From contig JBBAAD010000001.1 in assembly GCA_041658505.1 (NCBI GenBank), forward strand, positions 1-24,000: DNA of 24,000 nucleotides. Direction: 5' to 3'. This document shows positions 1 through 7,577 of this stretch, one piece after another. Position numbers and translations under genes: made by a program. The stretch comes from a bacterium. Its GTDB lineage: Bacteria > Desulfobacterota > Deferrimicrobia > Deferrimicrobiales > Deferrimicrobiaceae. The notes under the pieces were generated by a model. The model was not told where the DNA came from. It did no database searches and worked only from the letters and a program-made list of their open reading frames with translations. Within the stretch, counting starts at the first letter, position 1, and each line of letters opens with the position of its first letter.

Positions 1-210
1 CCGGCGGTCGTCGCCGTCGTAAAAGCGGAAGGCGAACGTCCCGCCCGGCAGTTCGTGCAGGTCGATGGCCATCACGTCCTCGCCCGTCAGGTCGAGCGCG
101 CGTTTTACGTCGCGGAGCGTTCGCACCCCGCCCCGGAAGGCGATCTCGGTCTTCCCGGACCACAGCGGGCCAAAACGCGTTTCAATCCGTTCCTTGTCCT
201 CGATGCTCAC
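1..210 (-). CDS. hypothetical protein, N-terminal part only (gene runs off the left edge)
   Basis: An uninterrupted minus-strand frame runs from the GTG at 210-208 to position 1. GAAAGGGG lies about 9 nt upstream of the GTG. Third codon positions are strongly G/C. The translation is VSIEDKERIETRFGPLWSGKTEIAFRGGVRTLRDVKRALDLTGEDVMAIDLHELPGGTFAFRFYDGDDRR. No family was recognised. Confidence 0.4.
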   Translation of the reverse strand, partial: MSIEDKERIETRFGPLWSGKTEIAFRGGVRTLRDVKRALDLTGEDVMAIDLHELPGGTFAFRFYDGDDRR

Positions 211-378
211 ACGGATACCCCTTTCACCCCTCCCCTTGGGACGATACCGAATAAAACGAAAAACGCCGGTGGCGGGGGGAAAGGTACCTTTGTACCCCTT
301 GGGCGCCCGCCGTGTCAAGCGGTTCTATAATGACGTTTTGAGAATTCGGTAAATCCTGCGGAAATCCCGCTATTTACC

Positions 379-407
379 TTGACACTCCGATCCCGGGGGG
401 CTAAAAT
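379..407 (+). promoter_or_regulatory. sigma70-like promoter upstream of hemL
   Basis: TTGACA (379-384), a 17-nt spacer, then TAAAAT (402-407). AAGGAGG at 438-444 lies 11 nt before the hemL GTG at 456. Confidence 0.5.
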
Positions 408-455
408 TCCACCTCTTGTCATGAATCCCATCCCGCGAAGGAGGCCAATGCTCCC

Positions 456-1748
456 GTGGCCCGCCTGACGACGAAAACCTCGAGCAAGCTGTTCGCCCTT
501 GCGAAAACGATGATCCCGGGCGGTGTCAACTCCCCCGTCCGCGCGTTCGGGTCCGTCGGGGGAACCCCCCTGTTCATCGAGAGCGCGAAGGGCTCCGCCG
601 TCCGCGACGTGGACGGGAACACCTTCATCGACTACGTCGGGTCGTGGGGGCCGATGATCCTCGGGCACGCTCCCCCCGCGGTCGTCTCCGCCATCAAGGC
701 GGCCGCCGGGCGGGGAACGAGCTACGGGGCTCCCACGCCGGGCGAGGTCGGGCTGGCGCACCTGATCCGCAAGGCGTTCCCCTCCGTCGAGAAGGTCCGC
801 CTCGTCTCCTCCGGGACCGAGGCGGCGATGAGCGCGGTGCGGCTGGCGCGGGGATACACGGGGCGGGACAAGATCATCAAGTTCGAAGGCGGGTACCACG
901 GCCACGCCGATTCGATGCTGGTGAAAGCCGGCTCGGGGGTCCTCACCTTCGGCCAACCCGACTCCCCCGGCGTCCCGGCGGAGCTGGCGAAGCTCACCTT
1001 GACCGCCGCCTTCAACGACATCGCCTCCGTGCGGGCGCTCTTCGCGAAGAACAAGGGGCAGGTCGCGGCGATCTTCGTGGAGCCGATTCCCGGCAACATG
1101 GGAGTGGTCCCCCCCGAACCCGGCTTCCTCGAGGAGCTGCGGGCGCTTGCGAAGAAGCACGGGGCCCTCCTCGTCTTCGACGAGGTGATCTCCGGGTTCC
1201 GCGTCGCGTTCGGCGGCGCGCAGGAACTGTTCGGCGTCGTCCCCGACCTCACGATCCTCGGCAAGATCATCGGCGGCGGCCTCCCGGTGGGGGCCTTCGG
1301 CGGGCGGAAGGAGATCATGGACGCCCTCTCGCCGGTCGGCCCGGTCTACCAGGCGGGGACCCTTTCCGGGAACCCGCTCGCCGTGGCGGCGGGGATCGCC
1401 GCGCTCACGGAACTTTCCCGCAGGGGGGCCTACAAGGAACTGAACGCCAAGGCGGATTACCTCGCGGAGGGAATGGCGAAGGCGTTCGCCGCCTCCGGCG
1501 TCCCGACCTGGACGAACCGCGTGGGCTCGATGGGGACGACCTTCTTTCAAAAGGGCCCGGTGACGGACTACGTCTCGGCGAAGCGGAGCGACACGAAACG
1601 GTACGCGACCTGGTTCCACGGGATGCTCTCCCGCGGGGTCTACATCGCGCCGTCCCAGTTCGAGGCGGGGTTCGTCTCCCTGGCGCACACGAAGCGGGAC
1701 CTCGACCGGACGATCGCCGCCGCCAAGGCAGTCCTCGCAACCCTGTGA
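456..1748 (+). CDS. hemL: glutamate-1-semialdehyde 2,1-aminomutase
   Basis: The 430-aa product shows hallmark HemL class-III aminotransferase sequence: [89 protein letters not shown] and [12 protein letters not shown]. It has a GTG start with a good SD. Confidence 0.97.
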   Translation: MARLTTKTSSKLFALAKTMIPGGVNSPVRAFGSVGGTPLFIESAKGSAVRDVDGNTFIDYVGSWGPMILGHAPPAVVSAIKAAAGRGTSYGAPTPGEVGLAHLIRKAFPSVEKVRLVSSGTEAAMSAVRLARGYTGRDKIIKFEGGYHGHADSMLVKAGSGVLTFGQPDSPGVPAELAKLTLTAAFNDIASVRALFAKNKGQVAAIFVEPIPGNMGVVPPEPGFLEELRALAKKHGALLVFDEVISGFRVAFGGAQELFGVVPDLTILGKIIGGGLPVGAFGGRKEIMDALSPVGPVYQAGTLSGNPLAVAAGIAALTELSRRGAYKELNAKADYLAEGMAKAFAASGVPTWTNRVGSMGTTFFQKGPVTDYVSAKRSDTKRYATWFHGMLSRGVYIAPSQFEAGFVSLAHTKRDLDRTIAAAKAVLATL

Positions 1749-1769
1749 TACCCAACACCAGCCACAGAA

Positions 1770-1874
1770 GGATTTTTACAGCGTATGGTACGGCAGGAAA
1801 AAGTCACTGCGAGGTGCAGGCGCTTTCGGGGGACATTCCTGGGGTAACCCCGGGATCAAGGGGAGGAGTGTCCC
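1770..1874 (+). repeat. intergenic structured repeat, copy A (the second copy is on the minus strand at 20590-20717)
   Basis: The blocks GGATTTT, ATG(g)TACGGCAG, AGGTGCAGGCGCTTTC (16-mer, 1812-1827), GGGGGACATTCCT (1828-1840) and GGAGGAGTGTCC (1862-1873) recur in the same order in copy B. The 15-nt gap between blocks 2 and 3 is identical in both copies. Positions 1830-1840 pair with 1864-1874 (11 bp, one G.U). Confidence 0.7.
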
Positions 1875-1887
1875 ATGCCCCCTTTTT
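1828..1887 (+). terminator. possible hemL terminator (compound hairpin plus T5)
   Basis: GGGGGaCAT (1828-1836) can pair with ATGCCCCC (1875-1882), followed directly by TTTTT (1883-1887). The enclosed loop is long and itself structured, with an inner GGGG-TAA-CCCC hairpin at 1841-1851. This is not a textbook terminator. Confidence 0.3.
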
Positions 1888-1889
1888 CG

Positions 1890-1918
1890 TTGACGCGTTC
1901 CCATATCCTGTGATAAAT
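1890..1918 (+). promoter_or_regulatory. sigma70-like promoter for the atpZIBE cluster
   Basis: TTGACG (1890-1895), a 17-nt spacer, then ATAAAT (1913-1918). It ends 18 nt upstream of the atpZ ATG at 1936, which would leave a very short leader. Confidence 0.4.
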
Positions 1919-1935
1919 ATTCGACGTTTGCCCTC

Positions 1936-2202
1936 ATGACCGATCGACAGGACCAAAAGGCGTTCTTCCGGGAACTGGGGAAGTACAGCGCCCTCGGGCT
2001 CGAGATGGCGCTGTCGGTCGTCATCGGGATGGGGATCGGGTACTACCTCGACCGGTGGCTCGGGACCGGGCCGTGGCTGATGATCGTCTGGATCGGCCTC
2101 GGGTTCGCCGCCGGAGTGCGCAGTCTCTATCGCGCCGCCGTTCGGTCCGGGAAGGACCTGGAGCGGGACGAGGAGGAGCGGAGGAAGCCCGGTGGGCCGT
2201 GA
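1936..2202 (+). CDS. atpZ: AtpZ/ATPase_gene1-family small membrane protein (putative F0F1 accessory subunit)
   Basis: The 88-aa product has two TM helices and the pattern YSALGLEMALSVVIGMGIGYYLDRWLGTGPWLMIVWIGLGFAAGVRSLYR, typical of the AtpZ family. It sits first in an atpZ-atpI-atpB-atpE order and overlaps atpI by 11 nt. Confidence 0.7.
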   Translation: MTDRQDQKAFFRELGKYSALGLEMALSVVIGMGIGYYLDRWLGTGPWLMIVWIGLGFAAGVRSLYRAAVRSGKDLERDEEERRKPGGP

Positions 2203-2587
2203 CGCCCCGGACCGGTTGTCGCTGCGGTCGCTGACGAACCGGATCTTCCTCTCCGCGGGGCTGATCCTCGGGGGAATCGGGGTCGCGGTCGCGGCGGGAG
2301 CGGCGAACGTCTCGATGCTTCCCGGAGCGGTGTGCGGCGCCGGCATCGCGTGCGGGAACTTCTTCCTTATAAGGAAGATCCTGGAGAAGGCGTTCTCGGG
2401 CGGCGGGGCGGTCAACAAGGCGTTCGTCGTCCAGTACACGCTGAAGTTCCTCGGGCTGATCGGGATGGTCTACCTCGTCGTCCGGTACGGCGGGTTCGAC
2501 CTGTTGGGGTTTCTGCTCGGGCTCTCCTCGCTCTTCCTCGGAGTCCTCCTCGAGGCGCTGGCGAGGTCGTTCGAACCAAACGCGTGA
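2192..2587 (+). CDS. atpI: ATP synthase protein I (AtpI)
   Basis: The 131-aa hydrophobic protein has about four TM segments and lies directly upstream of atpB, as expected for AtpI. It has a GTG start overlapping the atpZ stop. The start site is not certain. Confidence 0.7.
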   Translation: MGRDAPDRLSLRSLTNRIFLSAGLILGGIGVAVAAGAANVSMLPGAVCGAGIACGNFFLIRKILEKAFSGGGAVNKAFVVQYTLKFLGLIGMVYLVVRYGGFDLLGFLLGLSSLFLGVLLEALARSFEPNA

Positions 2588-2616
2588 TCGTTTCGCAATC
2601 GACGGGGGTAGGGACG

Positions 2617-3372
2617 ATGCGGAAAGGAATCCTCGGCCTTCTGGCCGTCGCGGCGCTGCCGACGACGGCGCTGGCGGCGGGAGGGCACGGGTTCTCCTGG
2701 TTCATGATGCTGCCCGGAGGGGAGCGGTACTACTACGTCTACGCGGCCCTCTTCATCGCCGTGTTCCTTCTCGTCGCGTCGGCCGTGGTCGTCGGGGGCA
2801 GGAAGACGGAAGAGATGGTGATCCCGGATCCCCGGTTCACGCTGCGCAACCTCTTCGAGCTGATCCTCGGGTTCCTCCAGCAACTGGCCGAGGACATCAT
2901 CGGGCACGATTACAGGAAGTACCTCCCCCTGCTCGGGAGCTGCTTCCTCTTCATCCTGTTCATGAACCTCATCGGGCTCATCCCCGGGTTCCTCCCGCCC
3001 ACGCAGAAGATGAACATCACGGTGGGGCTGGCGCTGGTCATCTTCCTGTCGACCCACTACTTCGGGGTGCGGGAGAACGGGATCGCCTACTTCAAGCATT
3101 TCCTCGGCCCCGTGTGGTGGATGGCGCCGATCATGCTGCCGATCGAGATCATCTCCCACCTGGCGCGGCCGATGTCGCTCTCCCTGCGTCTCTTCGGGAA
3201 CATCACGGGCGACCACGCGGTGGTGGCCGGGTTCATGGCGCTCATCCCCATCGTCGTCCCTTCGGTCTTCATGGGCCTCGGCGTCTTCGTTTCGTTCATG
3301 CAGGCGTTCATCTTCACCGTGCTCTCGATGATCTACATCTCGGGGGCCGTGACGCACGCGGAGGAGCATTGA
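2617..3372 (+). CDS. atpB: F0F1 ATP synthase subunit a
   Basis: The ATG at 2617 lies inside track ORF 2332..3372, and the upstream part of that ORF is an R/P-rich artefact. The product carries the subunit-a signature, including the essential Arg region ISHLARPMSLSLRLFGNITGDH and the C-terminal FMQAFIFTVLSMIYI. Confidence 0.94.
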   Translation: MRKGILGLLAVAALPTTALAAGGHGFSWFMMLPGGERYYYVYAALFIAVFLLVASAVVVGGRKTEEMVIPDPRFTLRNLFELILGFLQQLAEDIIGHDYRKYLPLLGSCFLFILFMNLIGLIPGFLPPTQKMNITVGLALVIFLSTHYFGVRENGIAYFKHFLGPVWWMAPIMLPIEIISHLARPMSLSLRLFGNITGDHAVVAGFMALIPIVVPSVFMGLGVFVSFMQAFIFTVLSMIYISGAVTHAEEH

Positions 3373-3373
3373 T

Positions 3374-3391
3374 CCGGGGTAAGCTCCCCGG
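3374..3391 (+). promoter_or_regulatory. intercistronic hairpin between atpB and atpE
   Basis: CCGGGG-TAAGCT-CCCCGG begins 2 nt after the atpB stop codon. It has no U-tract, so it is more likely an mRNA processing or stability element than a terminator. Confidence 0.3.
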
Positions 3392-3475
3392 TCGATGATA
3401 AAGGTCTTAAAGGCACCACCCCGGCGGGCGGGCGGAACCACCCGGCGGGAATCATCCTGAAAGGGGGAACACCCA

Positions 3476-3808
3476 ATGTTCCGCAGGTTCACTTTCTCTT
3501 TCCTCGTCGCTCTGCTCTTCGTGGCAGTGGCGTCGGTGGCTATGGCGGCGGAAGGCGCTCCCGCCGCGGGCGGCGACTCCAGCATGAAGGCCGTCATCGC
3601 TCTGGCCGCAGGGTTTGGCATAGCGATCGCATCCTTCGGGGGAGCGCTGGGCCAGGCGAAAGCCATCGCCGCCGGGCTGGAGGGGATTGCGCGCAATCCT
3701 TCCGCCCAGAACAAGATCTTCATCCCGATGATCGTCGGGCTCGCGCTGATCGAGTCCCTCGTCATCTACACCCTGGTCATCGCGTTCGTGCTCGTCGGGA
3801 AACTGTAA
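3476..3808 (+). CDS. atpE: F0F1 ATP synthase subunit c with N-terminal signal-peptide-like extension
   Basis: The core from M37 (MKAVIALAAGFGIAIASFGGALGQAKAIAAGLEGIARNP...MIVGLALIESLVIYTLVIAFVLV) is a canonical c-subunit hairpin with the GxGxGxG-like helix 1, the RNP loop and the ion-binding Glu. The first 36 aa look like a signal peptide ending AMA|AE. AAGGGGGA lies 7 nt upstream of the start. Confidence 0.94.
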   Translation: MFRRFTFSFLVALLFVAVASVAMAAEGAPAAGGDSSMKAVIALAAGFGIAIASFGGALGQAKAIAAGLEGIARNPSAQNKIFIPMIVGLALIESLVIYTLVIAFVLVGKL

Positions 3809-3839
3809 GCCGACACGCCGGGGGAAAACGGATCTTGCG

Positions 3840-3867
3840 AAAAAGGGCTCCTTCGGGAGCCCTTTTT
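3840..3867. terminator. bidirectional rho-independent terminator
   Basis: AAAAA-GGGCTCC-TTCG-GGAGCCC-TTTTT is a perfect 7-bp GC stem with a tetraloop. A-run and T-run flanks let it serve both the + strand atp cluster and the convergent - strand pilus operon. Confidence 0.85.
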
Positions 3868-3924
3868 CGTTCCGGAAACCATCGACTTGCGGGCGGTAGA
3901 GGAGGAGCGAGAACAGCAGGGGGA

Positions 3925-4386
3925 CTACGGAGTGATGGTCACCGTCACCGAGTCCGAGTACGCCCCCACGGAAACGTTCTGGCCGGGGGGGATCCGCCCG
4001 TAGATCGTCGTGGTCACCGGCCGGTTCCTGTTGACCTTCCTGAGCAGGACCGTCGACGTCCCCGCCGAACCGTCCCCCCAGACCGTCGTCATCGATGCCG
4101 TGGTGAAGAGGTTGTAGTTCATCCGGTCCGCCTGCGACGTGTGTCGCATCTGCCGCGGTTGGAACCCCCCGGACGTGGGGCTGGGCCCGATGGAGATGGT
4201 GACATCCGTCGGCGGGTTCCGGTCACACGCCACGGTCACCGTTCCCGCGGTGTCACGGGGCACCGCCGCGAACACGTCGTAGGCCCCGAAGTTGATGCCC
4301 GTGGTCGTCACCCCGCACGCGGCGTGCGCCGCATTCCCGAGGATCAGACAGAGCAGCCCCACGAGTCCCTTACCGAACGTCTTCAC
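3925..4386 (-). CDS. spore coat protein U (SCPU) domain pilus subunit lacking the N-terminal donor strand (candidate tip/cap subunit)
   Basis: The 153-aa product has a signal peptide ending AHA|AC. The SCPU pattern is present: C..INFGAYD, a second Cys in VTVACD, and the C-terminal GAYSDSVTVTITP. The GTG start overlaps the usher stop by 17 nt. Confidence 0.85.
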   Translation of the reverse strand: MKTFGKGLVGLLCLILGNAAHAACGVTTTGINFGAYDVFAAVPRDTAGTVTVACDRNPPTDVTISIGPSPTSGGFQPRQMRHTSQADRMNYNLFTTASMTTVWGDGSAGTSTVLLRKVNRNRPVTTTIYGRIPPGQNVSVGAYSDSVTVTITP

Positions 4387-6757
4387 AGGTCAGCCTCCCC
4401 AGATCGACGATCATGTCGTCCGTCGCGGGAACGGTCATCTCGAAGAGGCAACGTTTCCCTTCCTGTTCCACGTAGGCCGCATGGGTCCCGGGGCCGAGAT
4501 CCTCCACATAGAACTCCCCCCCTTTTCCCGTCGGGAATGCAATCTCCCTCCCTTCCGCCGGCACCCGGACCTCGACGTACTCCGCCGGTTTCCATTCGCC
4601 GTCCCGCCGCATCCCCAATGTGCCGGTAACGGCCTGGATCCGCTTCACCTCGAACGGAATCCGCGACCCGCTCCGGAGCGGGGGGGAGACCACCTTCAGG
4701 ACCTCCCGGAGAGAATAGTCGATGGGAACGTCCTTGTCGGCGATGGAGATCTGGTTCTCGTAGTACGAGCCGAGGGACGGCAGGAACAGTTTTCCCCGTC
4801 CGTCGGTGCGCCCCATCTCCTGGTTGTTATGGTACACCCGGATGCCATCGAGCCCTCCCACCGTGACGAGCCCGAAGCTGTCCGTGATCGGGCGGCTGAA
4901 CCCGAAGGTGTCCCCGACGAAGGCGACCCCCCCATACGCGGAGAGCCGGACGAGCCCGTTTCCTCCACCCCCGTCGATCCTCTCCCCCCGGTACTCCGCC
5001 GCATAGGAGCCGAACCGGGCGTTGTACTGCAAGGACGGGTTCACCGCGGTGGAGGAAAGCGCCGTGGAGTCCATCCGCTCGACCGAGACGTTGTACCCCC
5101 ATCCCTCCCCCGCGGGCAGGTTCTTCCGTGCCTGCACCGTCTCGTTGCGGACGCCGCCCGCCTCCCGGTAACTCGCTGCGAGCGACAAGTTGCCTCCCGG
5201 GTAGTAGTTCACCCCCAGCATGAGCTCGTTGACCGTCTCCCCCTCCCGCATGTTCCGGAACGAACCCAGCACGCTCACGTTCCATCCGATGTTCCGGGAC
5301 CAGGACGCCCCGATGGTCCGCCGGTCCGTCCCCGTGTGCCTCTTCAGGAAGTCCGCATCGACGGAGAACGTACCCATCCGCGGCGTCCCGTATCCCGCGC
5401 CGGCGGCCACCTCGTACCGTACGCCGTCCGTGGAATCCCGCCCCTCCTCCGCTGCGACCGCGTACGCGCGGCTCACCCCCTTGAGGAAGATCCTCGTGCT
5501 GACGGCCCCGCCCTGGAAGGAGTGCGTCGCCTCGCCGGCCGCGCCGAGGCGCCCGTCCCGCCGGGCGCTTCCAGCGAAAGAGAGGGCGACGATTCCCGCG
5601 TCGCCGACGCGGAAGGCCGCCTGCGGGCCCAGGTTCGCCCCGTCCCCGGTGCCTTCCCCCCGCCCTCCCAGCGTCACCCGGCCGCTTAACCCGTAATTGT
5701 GGAACGCGGAGAAGGCGATCGGGCCGTACCGGTCGCTCTCTTCGCCGAACTTCCTCCGGAGGAAGCCGACGTTGTAGCTGTATTCATGGAGTCCCTTCTC
5801 GAGAAGGGTCTCGGCGAAGTAGAACGGGTAACGGATCCTCTGCTCCCTCCCGAACGGGTCCTTGATCACGACGGTCACGTCGCTCCGGCCGCCGAGCGAG
5901 GAGATGTTCTTCAGCTCGAACTGCCCCGGGGAAAGTTTCTCCGTGCGGATCCGCGTGCCGCCGAGGTACACCTCCGCCTCGGACGGCAGGGACACCATCC
6001 CCCCGACATTGGCCAGCGGGTAGCGAAGAAAATAGGGGTCGATGCGGTAGACCTTGGAGAAGCCGACCCCGCCCAGGTTCACGCCGGTCCCGAGGCCGCC
6101 CGAGGAGGCGGTAATGTCTCCGAACACCAGCCGCTGCATCTTTTCCCGCCGGTCGCGGGTCACGTTCGTCGAAAGCCGGACCAGGCGTTGGTCCGCGCGG
6201 GTCTTTTCGAAGGCGGCGTCGGAAAGGAAGAGGAAGTCCCCGCGGCGGGCGCCCACCTGGCCGGTCACATCCAGGCTCTCCGCATCGCCCGGGTCCCCGC
6301 CCGTCCAGGTGATGCCGTAGTTGAAAAACCCGGAGGGGTCTTTCGGGTAGAGAACCCGGGGCTGACGCGGCGGACGGAAGTCGACGACCCGCATCGGCAG
6401 GACGGACGGGTGGGCCGCCAGCTCAAGAGAGAGGGTCTTTTCCCGGAACGCGAACGACATCTTCTCCAGCGATCGGAGCGATCGGTGCGGTTCTCCGTCG
6501 ACCTCCGTCGTCCGTCCCGGGGGCACGGAGAGGCCCATCGCCGCGAGGTCCGCCGTTCGGACGAGGAAATCCCCGTCCTCGAGGAGGCGGACGAGGAAAT
6601 CCCCCTTCTCTTCGCCGTTCAGGAAAACCTTCACGTAGAACAAGTCGGCGCACCGCGCCGCGGAGGGAAGGAAGAGGAGGCCCAGGAGCAGGGAGAGGAG
6701 GAGCGGAGCGCGGCGGCGGGCGGCCGGATGCGGTGTCCGTCCCCTCACGGACCGCAC
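4370..6757 (-). CDS. fimbrial outer-membrane usher (CsuD-like)
   Basis: The 795-aa product has a signal peptide and the N-terminal usher pattern FYVKVFLNGEEKGDFLVR...DLAAMGL. The long beta-rich body has many aromatic-x-aromatic strands. It lies between the chaperone and a pilin gene and overlaps both neighbours. Confidence 0.9.
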   Translation of the reverse strand: MRSVRGRTPHPAARRRAPLLLSLLLGLLFLPSAARCADLFYVKVFLNGEEKGDFLVRLLEDGDFLVRTADLAAMGLSVPPGRTTEVDGEPHRSLRSLEKMSFAFREKTLSLELAAHPSVLPMRVVDFRPPRQPRVLYPKDPSGFFNYGITWTGGDPGDAESLDVTGQVGARRGDFLFLSDAAFEKTRADQRLVRLSTNVTRDRREKMQRLVFGDITASSGGLGTGVNLGGVGFSKVYRIDPYFLRYPLANVGGMVSLPSEAEVYLGGTRIRTEKLSPGQFELKNISSLGGRSDVTVVIKDPFGREQRIRYPFYFAETLLEKGLHEYSYNVGFLRRKFGEESDRYGPIAFSAFHNYGLSGRVTLGGRGEGTGDGANLGPQAAFRVGDAGIVALSFAGSARRDGRLGAAGEATHSFQGGAVSTRIFLKGVSRAYAVAAEEGRDSTDGVRYEVAAGAGYGTPRMGTFSVDADFLKRHTGTDRRTIGASWSRNIGWNVSVLGSFRNMREGETVNELMLGVNYYPGGNLSLAASYREAGGVRNETVQARKNLPAGEGWGYNVSVERMDSTALSSTAVNPSLQYNARFGSYAAEYRGERIDGGGGNGLVRLSAYGGVAFVGDTFGFSRPITDSFGLVTVGGLDGIRVYHNNQEMGRTDGRGKLFLPSLGSYYENQISIADKDVPIDYSLREVLKVVSPPLRSGSRIPFEVKRIQAVTGTLGMRRDGEWKPAEYVEVRVPAEGREIAFPTGKGGEFYVEDLGPGTHAAYVEQEGKRCLFEMTVPATDDMIVDLGRLTCEDVR

Positions 6758-7527
6758 ATCGACCGGTCAACGACCATGCGTCCGCGTAGGGAGAGCTTGT
6801 CGGTTTTCACCTCCGCCTCGATGACCGCCATCGTTCCGCACGTCTCGGGGGGGGCGGTCGTCGTGTACCCTCTGGAGACGCCGGCAAGGAGGTACCACCC
6901 GCTCAACTCCCGGGAGAAGATCTCTTCGCCCGCCCCGTTTCTCCCCCGCACGAGGACGGACTGGACGACGAAGTGGACGTTCCCCGTGTTTTTCACGGGC
7001 ACGAGGAGCGCACCGGCGGACATCGTCATCGCGCCGACCTCCCCGCGGACCTCCTCCTTCAACGGCTTGACGAAGATCGGCACGCCGAACCGGATGGCGA
7101 CGGCGACGTTCACCCCCTCCGCCTTCCGGGGCCCGGGGATCTCCTCGATGAAGAGGCGGAACGTCTTCTCCTTCGACACCGCCGGGACCCGGATCCCCGC
7201 CCGCAGGATCTTCTCTTCCTTCCGCTCCAGGATCATCAGCCGGGGGAAGAAGAGGATCTCGCCGGTCTCCTCGTACCGGTCCTTCCCCTCCGCGTCCTGG
7301 GTCCACTCGTACGCCTTCATCTGGACCTGCAGCCGGTCGTCCGAATCGTTGGCGACTGTGACGGCCCCGCTCTTCGCGTCGCGCCCGAGGTCGAGCCGGA
7401 TGGGCGACACGCGCCAGTCGCCGGCCCGGGCGGCAACGGGAAGCAGGAGCAGGAAAAGGAAAACGGTCGCGGAAGACCGGCGCGCGATGCGCACGGCCCT
7501 CCCATCCTCGGGACGTTTCATAGGCAT
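6745..7527 (-). CDS. pilus periplasmic chaperone (PapD/CsuC-like)
   Basis: This is the internal part of track ORF 6745..8262. The product begins MPMKRPEDG...FLFLLLLPVAARA|GDWRVSPIRLDL...AVTVANDSDDRLQVQMKAYEW...FRLFIEEIP...AIRFGVPIFVKP, a two-domain PapD-like pattern. The start is ambiguous (ATG at 7527, 7521 or 7563) and no strong SD is present. Confidence 0.87.
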   Translation of the reverse strand: MPMKRPEDGRAVRIARRSSATVFLFLLLLPVAARAGDWRVSPIRLDLGRDAKSGAVTVANDSDDRLQVQMKAYEWTQDAEGKDRYEETGEILFFPRLMILERKEEKILRAGIRVPAVSKEKTFRLFIEEIPGPRKAEGVNVAVAIRFGVPIFVKPLKEEVRGEVGAMTMSAGALLVPVKNTGNVHFVVQSVLVRGRNGAGEEIFSRELSGWYLLAGVSRGYTTTAPPETCGTMAVIEAEVKTDKLSLRGRMVVDRSMCGP

Positions 7528-7577
7528 CACTATACAGAAGCGGTCCGGGGGACGGCAACCCATGCGAGGGTCGGAAG

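Noticed and set aside
55-352. Plus-strand ORFs 55..330 and 65..352.
   Set aside because: They overlap the better-supported minus-strand partial CDS (1..210) and extend into the promoter region. Their composition is low-complexity.
315-1688. A 457-aa minus-strand ORF, plus the 644..1939 + ORF, overlapping hemL.
   Set aside because: These are antisense or off-frame to an unmistakable hemL. The translations are R/G/P/E/D-rich low-complexity sequence typical of non-coding frames in high-GC DNA.
1785-1913. Mini-ORFs inside repeat copy A: ATG 1785 (MVRQEKVTARCRRFRGTFLG*) and ATG 1875 (MPPFSLTRSHIL*) after GGAGGAG.
   Set aside because: They are very short. The frame is not conserved with copy B, where indels of 1 and 7 nt shift it. 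The second one overlaps the predicted promoter. A leader-peptide role cannot be excluded but is unsupported.
1936-3808. Interpretation as an N-type (Na+-translocating N-ATPase) operon, because of the small AtpR/AtpQ-like proteins and the ES motif in subunit c.
   Set aside because: N-ATPase operons begin with beta and epsilon genes and continue with b, alpha and gamma. None of these flank this cluster. The gene order atpZ-atpI-atpB-atpE fits an F-type F0 cluster.
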